Numbered from the whole stretch's first letter, positions 24,931-37,210 are shown. The stretch is 60,126 bases of DNA, filler included, from Squatina squatina (GCA_031763465.1; 4 parts of 4 records of this genome joined end to end with filler, not necessarily neighbours in it), one strand, 5' to 3'. A program made the numbers and translations. Notes: generated by a model not told the origin, from the sequence alone.

Positions 24931-25831
24931 CTGGTGTGGACACTCATTATGCATAAATCATTACTCATTACGCTGGACCTCTGCCCATTTTTACAGCCGT
25001 CATATCACTTCCACTGAAACGAGTTATAAACTTAAAATGTAATGTTTGAATTTCACTCCCTTAGTGGAGACACAACATGTTCCTTGCTGGAGAGGCTGCC
25101 TGGAGCTTTAAGCCGTTACTGGCATTACAGCAGCAATTATTTCCTATTCACTGCCCCAGCCCCTCAAGTGGTGAGTTCCCAAGTATAAGGCAGGTGTCAC
25201 CAAAAATATTTAAATTAGTCTGACCCCAAAAAGTTCATTAAGATCCGTGTCAAATCCTTCAAGTGTATAAGAATCCTGCCCTGTCATACTTACAACAGAA
25301 CTCATACCAGACAGGAAAATCTAAAGTCCGTAGAGCTCACATTCACTGTCACTTACTGACATGTTTGTTGCCTCTCCATTATATTCATTTTTTTTCCATG
25401 CAGGGCCTCTTAAGTAAAATGGGCTTGTCAAATTTGTGACTCAACCACTTTGCATCAATATCCAGCATTCCATAATTACATTACTGAACTTTCCATTACT
25501 TACACCAGTTACGTGAATTGTTAGCTGCTTAAGAAATGTCAATGGATGATTATTATAGGTGTGTCATGGTTGGCTACTCTTTCATTCCTGCTAATGAAAT
25601 AACATTCAACCAAATTACACCTTTCAAAACTGCACACTGCTACCCTCTTGTTAGTAGACCAGAAATGAAATAGAGCATTTAGCCACCTTTGAATAAAGAA
25701 AGAAAATATGGCCTAAGGTGTTTTATAACAGTGAGTTTGTATTTTTTTTAATTCCTAATTTCTTTAGACATCTGCCATTCTGCTAAATTCAGGGATGATA
25801 TACTGTATTTACAGTCTATTTTCTGTTCTAG

Positions 25832-25984
25832 GTAATAAGGAACATCAACACATATGCCAGAACAAAGACTATTGCTCAGGGCTTTCTAGATATAGCCCTA
25901 TTTACTGCGAATGCATCACAGATGAAACATCTCCTGCAACAAGGCCCAGGGATACAGTTTTACTATTTCCTATTTGTTCTATTG
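25832..25984 (+). CDS. Ninjurin-family protein, amphipathic-helix exon (153 nt)
   Basis: VIRNINTYARTKTIAQGFLDIALFTANASQMKHLLQQGPGIQFYYFLFVLL aligns without gaps to human NINJ1 NVNHYASKKSAAESMLDIALLMANASQLKAVVEQGPSFAFYVPLVVLI. ttctag acceptor, TTG|GTGTGT donor. Confidence 0.88.
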
Positions 25985-27685
25985 GTGTGTATGTGAAATA
26001 CTTTTTATTATATAGTACCATTAAAGTGGCCTCAGGACCCACTGTTCAGCATCCATTGCATGTGATGGGACAACTATTGAAAGCAAAACAGTGTTTTTTT
26101 ATGCAAACTATGAATTCACTACAACATAGAAAATTACATTTGCTTATGGGTGTGATTGTATATTGGTTATTGATAAGGAGGAGAGAGGTGAGTGCGGGCG
26201 CAGCTGGGGATTTTTATTTCAGCACTTAAATTTCGCGGGGCCGAGGTCGGGANNNNNNNNNNNNNNNNNNNNNNNNNNNNNNNNNNNNNNNNNNNNNNNN
26301 NNNNNNNNNNNNNNNNNNNNNNNNNNNNNNNNNNNNNNNNNNNNNNNNNNNNNNNNNNNNNNNNNNNNNNNNNNNNNNNNNNNNNNNNNNNNNNNNNNNN
26401 NNNNNNNNNNNNNNNNNNNNNNNNNNNNNNNNNNNNNNNNNNNNNNNNNNNNNNNNNNNNNNNNNNNNNNNNNNNNNNNNNNNNNNNNNNNNNNNNNNNN
26501 NNNNNNNNNNNNNNNNNNNNNNNNNNNNNNNNNNNNNNNNNNNNNNNNNNNNNNNNNNNNNNNNNNNNNNNNNNNNNNNNNNNNNNNNNNNNNNNNNNNN
26601 NNNNNNNNNNNNNNNNNNNNNNNNNNNNNNNNNNNNNNNNNNNNNNNNNNNNNNNNNNNNNNNNNNNNNNNNNNNNNNNNNNNNNNNNNNNNNNNNNNNN
26701 NNNNNNNNNNNNNNNNNNNNNNNNNNNNNNNNNNNNNNNNNNNNNNNNNNNNNNNNNNNNNNNNNNNNNNNNNNNNNNNNNNNNNNNNNNNNNNNNNNNN
26801 NNNNNNNNNNNNNNNNNNNNNNNNNNNNNNNNNNNNNNNNNNNNNNNNNNNNNNNNNNNNNNNNNNNNNNNNNNNNNNNNNNNNNNNNNNNNNNNNNNNN
26901 NNNNNNNNNNNNNNNNNNNNNNNNNNNNNNNNNNNNNNNNNNNNNNNNNNNNNNNNNNNNNNNNNNNNNNNNNNNNNNNNNNNNNNNNNNNNNNNNNNNN
27001 NNNNNNNNNNNNNNNNNNNNNNNNNNNNNNNNNNNNAGCGTTATGGGCTCTGCGCCTATTTTGCACCAGCGCAAACGGGACCCAAATTTTGCGCCTGCGT
27101 TTTAGCGACAAAGGTGGCTTAGCGCCAGTTTTGCGTCACTTTCACGCTCGAAGTTTTACCACAAATTGGCTGCCCTTAATGTCCTCTGGATTGCATGGGC
27201 ATCTCATTCAGTTGTAAAAGCAATTACTATAGCAACTATGGATGGGCAATAAATGCAGCCCTGTCAGTCTCACCCACATGCCGAGAACAATTTTTTAAGA
27301 AAACTTGATTTGGTTCTATTTGTGTAAGGTTCATATACAATACAAACCTTTGTGTATTGAGAGGATTGAAGTAATATGGGTTCGGCTATTCAACATTTGA
27401 ATTCACTTTTTTAAATGAATTAAATCATCAAATAAGACAACCCATTTCCTCTTAAACTGCTCACTTGTGAGAAATGTATAGATAGAAGTGCAAATTTCAT
27501 TCTAAAGCAAAGCAATGGTCTATTTAAGAATGTTTCAAAGACTTCGCACTAAAGCGTAAGTATATATCAATGATAAACCATTTTTATATCGAGAGTGATT
27601 CGTGAAATATTAGATAAAACAATGGGTTGTTGTGCACTGTCATACACTACAGGTTTTTCCAATGTTAACGTTTGTTGTTTTACAG

Positions 27686-27786
27686 TGCATCTCCATCATA
27701 CTTCAGCTGATTGTTGCAGCCCTGTTAATTTATAAAGGATCAAAGAACATAGAATGTGATGATCCCGAACGCAGGCTCAGTGACAG
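27686..27786 (+). CDS. Ninjurin-family protein, TM1 and loop exon (101 nt)
   Basis: CISIILQLIVAALLIYKGSKNIECDDPERRLSD(R) continues the NINJ1 alignment (SISLVLQIGVGVLLIF). ttttacag acceptor, AG|GTATAT donor. The TM2 exon is not in this scaffold. Confidence 0.82.
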
Positions 27787-28564
27787 GTATATTGGTTCTT
27801 ACCATAGATACGCAGCTTGTTCTTTGAAGATTTGTCTTGTCTTTCACTTGGTAGCCCCTATGTTAAGATTTAATTTGAAGCAGACAAGAATTTCTTATGT
27901 ACTAGGTATGTCAGTAACACAGTTGAATAAGAATGTGGGGATAGAGTTGTGCTAGAAAAGTTTCCAGCGCAATTTGCCCAAAATTGGCCATATCAGCGCA
28001 AAAAATTCAGAATTTCAAAGAGCATGTTGCGTTCAGCACAAATCGAGTTTCCGTGATCTTTTGCGCTAGTTTAAAAAACATCGCACTGGAAGCTGGCCCC
28101 GCCCACACAACTGGCCACGCCCCCAGATCGAATTAATCACACATGGCGAATTTCCGTTAATTCTGCCTGTTTATGGGCTTTCGACGCTCTGAAACTTAAG
28201 CTTTTGAATATCATGTTTTAAATTTACTACGAAACTGACTCCACTTTTTTTGGCGCCACACGGCCTCTTTAAGGGATGCAGCGTTTTGTATTGACAGGCC
28301 GGCTGCACGGGTTCCCTGGAGCACTGCGTGGCGGCGCAGTTTACAGGAAACATTCTGTACACTAATAACTAGCAAATGGTCCTGCATAGTTTTTTAAAGT
28401 CTTTTTCAGTTATTTAAAATTGAGTTACTCATAGATGGTGGACTAAGCACTCTGATTAAAAATGCTTATTTTTTGTGATAAACCCATTTTCAGTTATATT
28501 AATCAAACTGGACCAAGTTACCACTCTTAAATATATCAAAGATTATTATTTAAACTTAAAATAA

Positions 28565-28664
28565 NNNNNNNNNNNNNNNNNNNNNNNNNNNNNNNNNNNN
28601 NNNNNNNNTTAATTAATTAANNNNNNNNNNNNNNNNNNNNNNNNNNNNNNNNNNNNNNNNNNNN
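28565..28664. other. Artificial scaffold linker
   Basis: N44-TTAATTAATTAA-N44. Confidence 0.97.
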
Positions 28665-28840
28665 TCTATGGCAAGTACATCCTTTCTTCGGTAAGGAGAC
28701 CAGAACTGTATACAATACTCCAGGTGTGGTCTCAAGGTCCCATATAACAGTAAGACATCTTTACTCCTGTACTCAAATCCTCTTGTAATAAAGGCCAACA
28801 TATCATTTGCCTTGCCAATTGCTTGCTGCACCTGCATGTT
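28665..28840 (-). mobile_element. CR1 LINE ORF2 fragment
   Basis: QVQQAIGKANDMLAFITRGFEYRSKDVLL...RPHLEYCIQFWSPYRRKDVLAI. Confidence 0.9.
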
Positions 28841-29040
28841 AGCACTAGGATAAAGTTCTCACAACTGCCACTTGTCATTATATCTTGAGTGGAATATTTT
28901 CAGCTGTCAAAAGCATCACCAAACCTCATTTAGCAGCCCACTCTACAGCTATGCTATCAGATGAAAGCTCGGAGACAATTATAAAAAAGTGCATAATTTG
29001 TTAAGTAATCAGCCCTGGTTAAAAAGGATTGCTTTCTTAC

Positions 29041-29174
29041 CTGATGCTCCTTGAGGTACATCTTCTGTGCGTGCAGAAGAATTTGCTCCATCCTGGTTGT
29101 TATCAGGATCTGCCATCTTCTCCTGTCGGCGAGCCTCAGATGCTCCTCTTTTGCCCAGGCCAGAGCCTCGCCGA
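29041..29174 (-). CDS. TRIP12: E3 ubiquitin ligase TRIP12, internal exon (134 nt)
   Basis: [45 protein letters not shown]. aatag acceptor, CAG|GTAAGA donor. Confidence 0.92.
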
Positions 29175-29379
29175 CTATTTTCGGGTATGGAGGAAAAAAA
29201 CTATCTGAAATTCTTTCCACTTTCTAAGTAATACAAAGCAATTGCTGTGGAGAGTCTGCAACTCCAACTCGTGAAACCANNNNNNNNNNNNNNNNNNNNN
29301 NNNNNNNNNNNNNNNNNNNNNNNNNNNNNNNNNNNNNNNNNNNNNNNNNNNNNNNNNNNNNNNNNNNNNNNNNNNNNNN

Positions 29380-30228
29380 CACACAGCACAGGGTGCATAT
29401 TGTCACACAGCACAGTGTGCATATTGTCACACAGCACAATATACACATTGTCACACAGCACAGTGTACACATTGTCACAGAGCACAGTGTGCACATTGGC
29501 ACACAGCACAGTGTGCATATTGTCACACAGCACAGTTTACACATTGTCACACAGCACATTTTACACATTGTCACATAGCACATTTTACACATTGTCACAT
29601 AGCACATTTTACACATTGTCACATAGCACAGTTTACACATTGTCACACAGCACAGTGTGCTCATTGTCACACAGCACAGTATACACATTGTCACACAGCA
29701 CAGTTTACACATTGTCACACAGCACAGTATACACATTGTCACACAGCACAGTGTATACAATGTCAAACATCACAGTATATACATTGTCACACAGCACAGT
29801 GTATACGTTGTCACACATCACAGTGTATGTGTTGTTGCACAGCACCTTGTCACACAGCACAGTGTACACATTGTCACAGAGCAAAGTGTGTACATTGTCA
29901 CACAGCACATTGTATATCTTGTCACACGGCACAGTATAAACATTGTCACAGAGCACACTGTACACAGTGTCACAGAGCAGAGTGTATACATTGTCACACA
30001 GCACAATGTGCACATTGACACATAGCACATTGTACACATTATCACGCAGCACAGTGTACACATTGTCAAACTGCACAGTATATACATTGTCACACAGCAC
30101 ACTGTATACCTTGTCACACAGCACAGTGTACGCGTTTTCACAAATCACAGTATACACATTGTCACAAAGCACAGTGTATACATTGTCACACAGCACAGTA
30201 TACACATTGTCACAGAACACAGTGTATA
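29380..30228. repeat. 24-bp minisatellite, about 35 copies, in a TRIP12 intron
   Basis: Unit TGTCACACAGCACAGTGTACACAT. It produces the 8-aa periodic ORFs (TLSHSTVY, VYTVLCDN). Confidence 0.95.
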
Positions 30229-31328
30229 AATTGGTATGTCTACACAATGTTCCAAATACCAAGCTCAGATTACAATTTCCTTTGCTTTTTTCAATTCCTC
30301 TCCAAAATTATACTTATTCTCTACTGAACAGGATAAGACAACCTTCTAAGCCACTGATGCTCTATATTTAGTCAGCTGGTGTGTCTTACTGGCCCTCATT
30401 TTTGCACCTCAAGAAATGGACCATCTTCATGTAACAGTTAGTTTGAATGTAGCTACCCTCCATATACCTCGTGAGTTCAATTCACCAATATCACAACTTT
30501 AAAAGTACCCCTTTAAAAAGCTTTTCTAACTTCAGCCTCAAGGGCCATATTATCTTAGCTTGTACAATCAAGTCAGCCTTTGAAGTATGCTGTAGTTTCC
30601 TAGGGAAAATGCAGATACTGGTTCTAGTTCAGAGTTTCGTGGGGTGAACCAAGTTACACTATTTTCAATATTAACTAACAGGAAAAAAAACTCTTTTCCA
30701 AATTAAATTCATTTAACTTTGATCACAAACTACAGTTGAAGCTCAGGTTTAATACAGCATTTCGTTTCAATAGGGCACATCAGTAGCACAAAATCCAGAT
30801 CAATTACCTAGGTTAAGCAAGTGCAAGAATGTAGAACAGAGGTCACAGACTCAATAGCTGAACACTCAGTTAAACTATTTACTCTGATCAAGGACCAGAC
30901 TTTAAACCTTTCCCTCGATCTAGGAAAACAGAACAGCCAGCAATAATTCTCAGCACTAGCGTATGTTTGGGAAAGGGTCAAATGTCTTAGTGCTTGAATG
31001 AATTGTTTTCCTAATATCAAGTCACAAATGCAATTTATTNNNNNNNNNNGACAGAAAATTACCCAAGGCATGGCATTGAAGAACACACACACATTTTGCT
31101 TTTCAATAAACATAGGAGTACACACTGGTAAGGATATTTCATACTTGTGACAATGCCCCAGTTTAGCTGGCTCTCACCATTTAAGGTTTTGGTTAGTTCA
31201 GCATTTCATTTGTGAATTGTTTACAAAAATGGATTCAACAGTTCCAAAATTGAACATTTTAATACAAAAGGTTTTAATTTGTTGCATTATCTAATAAAAA
31301 ATACAATCAATTAATTTCATCCACTCAC

Positions 31329-32258
31329 TGGCTAACTTTGCTTGTAGGCCTGAAGGCCCTGGTTTTGAAGTCTCCGATTTGGAAGACCCTGGGAGTGACA
31401 GTTTTGCTTTTGGCAGGCTAACTTTAGGGCTAAAACGAGCAGCCCACTCAAATTTGGAGGAACCACCAGTTTTGCTCTGCTCCTTTTCCCGACTGCTTCT
31501 GCGAGGGCTGGGGCTAGAGGCTGAGCGGGAACGACGAGCCTTATTCTGATCTTTTCCTTGTTTTAGCCTGGCTCCCTGAGGCACAGCAGCAGAAGAGGAG
31601 GATGATGTAGAGGCAGAAGAAGAAGAATCAGTGACAGTGCTACACCCAGCTTTGGCTGAGGTCGCTGATTTTGAAGCCAGCTTGGTTGGTTTAGCAGGCC
31701 TNNNNNNNNNNNNNNNNNNNNNNNNNNNNNNNNNNNNNNNNNNNNNNNNNNNNNNNNNNNNNNNNNNNNNNNNNNNNNNNNNNNNNNNNNNNNNNNNNNN
31801 NGGTTGGTTTAGCAGGCCTCTCTTCAGCACTGATCGAGTCAGCCACAGAATCACTATTTACAGCAGAAGTAGTAGTTTCAATCTTTTTCCTTTTTTGAAA
31901 TGGGGAGGCGCCAGCAGGCCCAGTCTGTTTTCTGCTCTGGGTCTTACTCGTTGATGCTACCTGGGCAGTTCTTATCTGCTGATCTTGCACAGACTTCCTT
32001 TTCTTTGGGGACTTTGTTTGCACCTTGTGTTTTTGTGTTTCAGTAGGATTCTCTGAGGGTTGAAGTGCTTTGGGCCTTTTTGCAGAGCAGGTGGAGTTTG
32101 AACTGCTGTAATCAGGACTTGGACCACGTTTCACACCTCTCAAGCTACTTTTGGAGCTGTCCCTTTTAGGTTGTCCCGTTTTGGGTTTTTCTGACCTAAT
32201 TCTATCTTCTTGCTGCGGCACAGAAGCAACCGATGAAGAGCTACAGCTCCTTGAGTTC
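31329..32258 (-). CDS. TRIP12: TRIP12 large N-terminal disordered-region exon (internal N gap is spurious)
   Basis: RSCSSSS...[11 protein letters not shown]...[24 protein letters not shown]...[15 protein letters not shown]...[11 protein letters not shown]. ttttcag acceptor at 32260-32259, GTGAGT donor at 31328. Confidence 0.95.
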
Positions 32259-33844
32259 CTGAAAAGACAACATGGAACGATTACATGTGCCTCTATGGCA
32301 ATGGCTATACATACAACTCAGTAACTGAGCAGAAGCTTGACCACGGCTGTAGATTTTCAAATGCATTTTGCAGTGACTACTTCCAATTTCCAAATGCCAA
32401 GATCCTGACTAGCATGAAGCTGAATTTATCAACCNNNNNNNNNNNNNNNNNNNNNNNNNNNNNNNNNNNNNNNNNNNNNNNNNNNNNNNNNNNNNNNNNN
32501 NNNNNNNNNNNNNNNNNNNNNNNNNNNNNNNNNNNNNNNNNNNNNNNNNNNNNNNNNNNNNNNNNNNNNNNNNNNNNNNNNNNNNNNNNNNNNNNNNNNN
32601 NNNNNNNNNNNNNNNNNNNNNNNNNNNNNNNNNNNNNNNNNNNNNNNNNNNNNNNNNNNNNNNNNNNNNNNNNNNNNNNNNNNNNNNNNNNNNNNNNNNN
32701 NNNNNNNNNNNNNNNNNNNNNNNNNNNNNNNNNNNNNNNNNNNNNNNNNNNNNNNNNNNNNNNNNNNNNNNNNNNNNNNNNNNNNNNNNNNNNNNNNNNN
32801 NNNNNNNNNNNNNNNNNNNNNNNNNNNNNNNNNNNNNNNNNNNNNNNNNNNNNNNNNNNNNNNNNNNNNNNNNNNNNNNNNNNNNNNNNNNNNNNNNNNN
32901 NNNNNNNNNNNNNNNNNNNNNNNNNNNNNNNNNNNNNNNNNNNNNNNNNNNNNNNNNNNNNNNNNNNNNNNNNNNNNNNNNNNNNNNNNNNNNNNNNNNN
33001 NNNNNNNNNNNNNNNNNNNNNNNNNNNNNNNNNNNNNNNNNNNNNNNNNNNNNNNNNNNNNNNNNNNNNNNNNNNNNNNNNNNNNNNNNNNNNNNNNNNN
33101 NNNNNNNNNNNNNNNNNNNNNNNNNNNNNNNNNNNNNNNNNNNNNNNNNNNNNNNNNGCTCAGACAGCCCCTTATTTCTTGCCAAGAAATTGCAGGCTAT
33201 GATGGATATGTAGCCACACTTGCTAAATCTAATTGTTAAATAGCATCACAGCTGTTAACGCTTCAGTGGCTGCTGGTTGTGGTAAAGGGGTACAAAGTTA
33301 TACTCAAATCCCCTACGTACAAATAGCTTCCTCTCATTTAGAAGTGTTTTGCTCCTACTCCTCCCTTCCGGGGCAGACTTCTTCCCCAATTTACCCCTCA
33401 TCACTTCAACTGCTTAAATGTTCATGGATCCAATTCTGCTACATCGTAGGGGCAAGAACTAGTGATCTCTCAGCTAAAACATGGAACGGGGTTCAATTTC
33501 CAAGTTAAGCAGCAGCAGGAGAAAGGAATTAGGAGCATAAATTAGAATTAACTTGGGAAGTTTGGGATTTACAGATTACATGAAAAAAAAGTGCAGTCAC
33601 AATTCTCCAGCAGCCTGAAACAGAAAAAAGGAATCCAGAAAAAGTAATGTATCCTGCAGCAATTCCAATAGGGCATTATGGAGGCCACATCATTTTCACT
33701 TGAGTATAAAATCCTGCAAAGGCCACTTGCTCAATAAATTTGCTTTTGGAAGATTGGTATGTCTTAAAGTATGTAGTTTAACTAATTTCTATCAAATATA
33801 AAGAGTCATGAAAATTTATGCTGTTAAGCAAAATATTTTAATAC

Positions 33845-33958
33845 CTTTGCGACACACGCCCTCTGGACTGTCCAGAGGTAGGGTCTGACTGCAATTTTGT
33901 TGCTTTAGCAGTTGGCCTACTTGGAATCGGCTTCTGTTTCCTCTCTTCCGACTGTGAC
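33845..33958 (-). CDS. TRIP12: TRIP12 symmetric cassette exon (114 nt)
   Basis: SQSEERKQKPIPSRPTAKATKLQSDPTSGQSRGRVSQR. Pyrimidine tract plus caatag acceptor, AAG|GTAT donor, phase 2-2. Resembles the mammalian alternative exon ending ...KVQSNTTSELSRGHLSKR. Confidence 0.8.
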
Positions 33959-34498
33959 CTATTGCAAGGGAAAACAAAGGGAAGGAAATCTAAAAACAAT
34001 GGATCTCAATTTCTCACAAATATATTGCAGATTTCATAGTCCCATCCATGAAAAATTCATAAGGATAGATTTTTGCCAGCTCTATCAACTGTAGTCCAAA
34101 TGAAATGATTAAAAATTCTGCACTTTAATTCCATTCAGTACCAGTAAAAAATGTTTTTTTATTTTTAAAAAAAAGACTTGTCTATGAATGGAGCACTTTC
34201 CAACTTCAGACACTATTAAATACTCCCAGAATATAGGTTAAAGTTCCTACTATTTTTCCCTAACTTCAAGAGCACCTTTTTCTTCACTAATTTGCCATCT
34301 TCCATTTTATTGGTAAAGCATGCTCTGCCTTCAGTGAATGTGCCCATTTAGTGCTAAAATAGGGCAGTTCTGTGGGCCCACTAGAACTAGACTGACTATG
34401 CAAAGCTAAGAACGGTCATCCCAGCATGGGCTTGTTGTCAGAATACAAAAGTATAAGATGGCAATTTAAGAGGCTTTAAAAATCTGTAGTCTACTTGC

Positions 34499-34596
34499 CT
34501 TCCTCCTGCTGCTGCGTCTTGTGGCTGGGCCCCGGCAGTGTTCCTCTGTGAACGTCGCAGTGACCCCCCTGTATTGTAATTAGGCCGGTTGGACAT
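34499..34596 (-). CDS. TRIP12: TRIP12 first coding exon (whole exon 34499-34645 including 49 nt of 5' UTR), GC donor
   Basis: [33 protein letters not shown]. ttttcag acceptor at 34647-34646, donor AAG|GCAAGT. Confidence 0.93.
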
Positions 34597-36433
34597 TGGC
34601 ACCTCTCTCCTTAAGGGACATACCCTTTCTAGACACTATCATTCACTGAAAAAATAAAATCAGTTTAAAATCAACACAAAATAATTTGTAATTTAAATAG
34701 TAACTAGTAGGTACAATAGTAATACAATCATTTCATNNNNNNNNNNNNNNNNNNNNNNNNNNNNNNNNNNNNNNNNNNNNNNNNNNNNNNNNNNNNNNNN
34801 NNNNNNNNNNNNNNNNNNNNNNNNNNNNNNNNNNNNAACAGAAATACAAAAAGTTGACCACTTTATACATATTCGATTATAAAAACACCCATAACAAATA
34901 GTTATTTGATGACGACTATTCTTGGCAAAACACGCACACTCAAATTAACTCAACTTGCTTCACAAAAGGAAGAGAAATTAAAGCATTTCAGTCTTCAATA
35001 AACGTTTAAAAATGGTACCGAACTTTCGACTGTCCGTGCACAGAAAAGTTTCGATAAATCAGCTAAATATGCTGTCGTCTTTGTTGAAATTAAGGCAGAC
35101 AATGGGTTTACGGAGATACGTGGTGCGTTGGCCATTCCTGTTTACTTTTGCGGCCTACACAACACTGCTGCCGCAGGATCGCACCGCCATGTCGGTGCTA
35201 GTACTAACAAAACTCATCTTTCTGAACGAGATAAATATATATCCTAAACCAACAGCCCCATCCCTTGCTGTAAAGTGTACAAGTCGCTTTTTAAAATTCT
35301 ATTTTGAAGTACATTTTTAACATATGAAAACAAATTGCTGCCCGCAAAATGGGGTATTATTGCACGTCCGTCTGGATCATGGAAAATATTACTTAGCAGG
35401 CCTAGACAACAGGTCTTTATTTTAGAGCTTTCATTCTGGTTACAAGCGGCCTACCTCGTAGGGGGTTCAAGCCCAACAACCACTAGAGAAGGGGGAGGGG
35501 GAGGGAAAGAGGAATAAAACAGCTATATTTACTGTGAAGTTCAAGTTTAGCCGCCTCTTGATCACATAAAAAACTCTTTCAGAAAGATTAGGGAAAGGGG
35601 AAAAAGGCTGTGGGGAAATTAGCGTCCAGGCCTGTATTTCAGCATCAATCCCCGCTGTCGGAGTTACAGCTGTCGCCGGATGTGTGAACGTCAAACACCA
35701 AGTGCTGCTGGGAAAGAAAAAAGGGGGGGGGGGGGGGAGGATTGTGGGGGGGAAGAGAGNNNNNNNNNNNNNNNNNNNNNNNNNNNNNNNNNNNNNNNNN
35801 NNNNNNNNNNNNNNNNNNNNNNNNNNNNNNNNNNNNNNNNNNNNNNNNNNNNNNNNNNNNNNNNNNNNNNNNNNNNNNNNNNNNNNNNNNNNNNNNNNNN
35901 NNNNNNNNNNNNNNNNNNNNNNNNNNNNNNNNNNNNNNNNNNNNNNNNNNNNNNNNNNNNNNNNNNNNNNNNNNNNNNNNNNNNNNNNNNNNNNNNNNNN
36001 NNNNNNNNNNNNNNNNNNNNNNNNNNNNNNNNNNNNNNNNNNNNNNNNNNNNNNNNNNNNNNNNNNNNNNNNNNNNNNNNNNNNNNNNNNNNNNNNNNNN
36101 NNNNNNNNNNNNNNNNNNNNNNNNNNNNNNNNNNNNNNNNNNNNNNNNNNNNNNNNNNNNNNNNNNNNNNNNNNNNNNNNNNNNNNNNNNNNNNNNNNNN
36201 NNNNNNNNNNNNNNNNNNNNNNNNNNNNNNNNNNNNNNNNNNNNNNNNNNNNNNNNNNNNNNNNNNNNNNNNNNNNNNNNNNNNNNNNNNNNNNNNNNNN
36301 NNNNNNNNNNNNNNNNNNNNNNNNNNNNNNNNNNNNNNNNNNNNNNNNNNNNNNNNNNNNNNNNNNNNNNNNNNNNNNNNNNNNNNNNNNNNNNNNNNNN
36401 NNNNNNNNNNNNNNNNNNNNNNNNNNNNNNNNN

Positions 36434-37114
36434 CGGCTCCACTCGGCCCGCTCACCCCACGCGTCGCCCTGTATCCTTCCCCGGCACTAGCTCGCCAGCC
36501 AGCATCATTTTCCTTTTTTTTCTTTGGTGGGGGCTCCTTCTGGTTAGAGAGTTTAAAAGGAGAGAGGAGAAAGGGGGAAGCGCGGGGTTAAAGAAAGTGG
36601 TCTCACTCCCTCCCTGACCCCCCACAATTTCAACCAAACCAGCCCTGCACACACAAAATCTGTGGCAGGTTTCATAACCAAAAAAATAAATAAAAATTAG
36701 AATCCGTCTTTTACTTCTTCTTCGTACATTTTTTTCGTCCTTTCAGATCATCGTGCGCGGAATTATCTATTTTTTTTTAAACTCCGTGTAATCCGCTATA
36801 TTTACAATTAATCAACTCTTCTTCCTCCTACCGCCTTCACCATTGTATTCCTCCGCGGGGTCATGACCCCCCTCCTCCTTTCAAGTCTTGGGAAATGTTG
36901 GTCACATTCCACCCGGTTACGATTACAAGTGTATTTGAGCGGAATTTATTTAAAAAGAAATCTGCTAAATATTGTCTTTTTTTTAAATGTCAAGCGGTGT
37001 TAATTGGGGGTTTTGGCGAATTTGTGTGGCGTGAACTTGGTGTGAAGTAAAACTAGTCGCCGTTGCTCTTGTTTACATTCGACGCCGTTGCTTTGGCAAT
37101 AAGAAGCGTCCAAA
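36434..37114. promoter_or_regulatory. TRIP12/FBXO36 bidirectional promoter region
   Basis: CpG-enriched interval between divergent genes. RFX X-box-like GTTGCTTTGGCAAT at 37087-37100, forkhead TGTTTAC at 37070-37076, YY1-like AAAATGGCG over the FBXO36 ATG. Confidence 0.7.
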
Positions 37115-37210
37115 ATGGCGTCTTTGTTACAGGGCACAATTTTTGAAATCAGCGCTCAAGCTCCAGCCCCAAGTAAGGATTATCATCACCTGCTTGTTAC
37201 AGATTCAAAG
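37115..37210 (+). CDS. FBXO36: F-box only protein 36, first coding exon
   Basis: MASLLQGTIFEISAQAPAPSKDYHHLLVTDSK, compared with human MASWLPETLFETVGQGPPPSKDYYQLLVTRSQ. AAG|GTGAGT donor. Head-to-head with TRIP12. Confidence 0.9.

Noticed and set aside
25795-26229. The 144-aa ORF MIYCIYSLF... as a gene
   Set aside because: Wrong frame. The ninjurin exon lies in another frame at 25832-25984.
26163-27217. ORFs of about 300 aa here and at 32285-33202 and 35645-36617
   Set aside because: They consist almost entirely of N-gap translation.
29201-30371. Cys-rich or metallothionein/keratin-like proteins from the long ORFs
   Set aside because: They are translations of a 24-bp minisatellite in several frames inside a TRIP12 intron.
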